A stretch of DNA of 63,913 bases, counting the filler, from Octopus bimaculoides (taxonomy: Eukaryota), in the NCBI RefSeq assembly GCF_001194135.2. It is 7 parts of 7 records of this genome, joined end to end, with 100 filler letters (N's around TTAATTAATTAA, not from the genome) between each part and the next. Parts side by side here need not be neighbours in the genome. Positions count along the whole stretch, not along the records: positions 62,817 to 63,913 come from NW_026301672.1; 6 more parts are not named here. One strand, 5' to 3'. Position numbers and translations under genes: made by a program. How positions within the stretch are numbered: position 1 is the stretch's first letter; the number at the start of each line of letters is the position of its first letter. Of this stretch, positions 62,717 through 63,913 are shown piece after piece. Below the pieces are notes generated by a model. It saw only the letters and a program-made list of their open reading frames with translations, had not been told where the DNA came from and did not search any database.

Positions 62717-63865
62717 NNNNNNNNNNNNNNNNNNNNNNNNNNNNNNNNNNNNNNNNNNNNTTAATTAATTAANNNNNNNNNNNNNNNNNNNNNNNNNNNN
62801 NNNNNNNNNNNNNNNNTATATATATATATATATATATATACATATACATACACATGCATATATATATGTATATATATATATACATATACATACACATACA
62901 TACACACACACGCATATATATATGTATGTATATATATATGTATATACATATATGCATATATATATCTATGTATATATATATATATAACTATATACATACA
63001 TATACATACACACACACATATATATGTATATACGTGTGTATATTCGCAAAAATATATGAAAGTATACGTATATATACGATTATACATAAGTATATATAAG
63101 CTTACATACATGCATATGTATATGTAACACATGCATACCTACGTACATACATACATACATACATACATNNNNNNNNNNACATACATACATACATACATAC
63201 ATAAATACATACATATACATCCATGCATACATATACATGAGCACACGCACAAAGGTGCGCACGCGCTCACACACACATACATAGACATTGAAGTTTATAG
63301 AATGTTTTATCCTCGATTACTCGCCTAATTAAATATATAATTATGTGATTTATTGCAGTGTCATTATAAGTAGGCACCTAATTATAATTACTGTTATTTA
63401 CAGAGATGAGGAAAGAAAATATTTTGTAAGTTGCGCATAAAGATAGACAGATAGATAGATAGGTTGCCAAAGACAGAATAGCATGTAGATGTGTATGCAG
63501 AAAAAAACGGATAGGTACATAGATATTTGTTGTTGTTGTTGTTGTTGTGTGTGTGTGTGTGTGAGTGTGCGCGTGCGAGTGTGTCTGTATGTGTGTGTAT
63601 ATATATATGTATGTATATGTATGTATCTCTTTCTCCATCTATCTATCTATCTATCTATNNNNNNNNNNTCTATCTATCTATCTATCCATCTATCTATCTA
63701 GATAGATAGATAGATAGAGAGAGGGGGGGGGGAAAGAGAGACAGAGACAAGGATAGATACAAAGATGAACAGACATATATGCACATAGGAAAATATTAAG
63801 ATTAACAGATCATGTATAGATAAATAGATGTATGTATGCATGTCATATATATATGTATACATGTA

Positions 63866-63900
<35 letters not shown>

Positions 63901-63913
63901 GTATATATATATA

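Overview
AT-rich, gap-riddled animal genomic DNA dominated by microsatellites. The SINE and repeat families look like those I recall from octopus genomes (inference, not a database match). I found no host protein-coding gene, rRNA or CRISPR array. Most ORF-track entries are microsatellite read-throughs or ORFs running across N gaps. The supportable content is transposable elements. (1) A near-complete Penelope-like element (PLE) of the Naiad type at about 14470-17930, with RT, a CxCx5C knuckle, a GIY-YIG endonuclease and an apparently intact minimal type I hammerhead ribozyme in its 3' end; also further Naiad fragments and a Neptune-like PLE fragment. (2) At least six 5'-truncated R4/Dong-clade LINE fragments from three subfamilies, almost all bounded by (TAA)n, plus a non-coding element sitting in the same target repeat. 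(3) Decayed Tc1 and mariner copies with both TIRs and TA TSDs, plus maT, RTE and Gypsy fragments. (4) Several tRNA-derived SINE families. (5) A foldback structure of about 1.5 kb, a 43-bp perfect inverted-repeat element and several local tandem arrays. Six TTAATTAATTAA motifs inside 100-bp gaps are assembly linkers.
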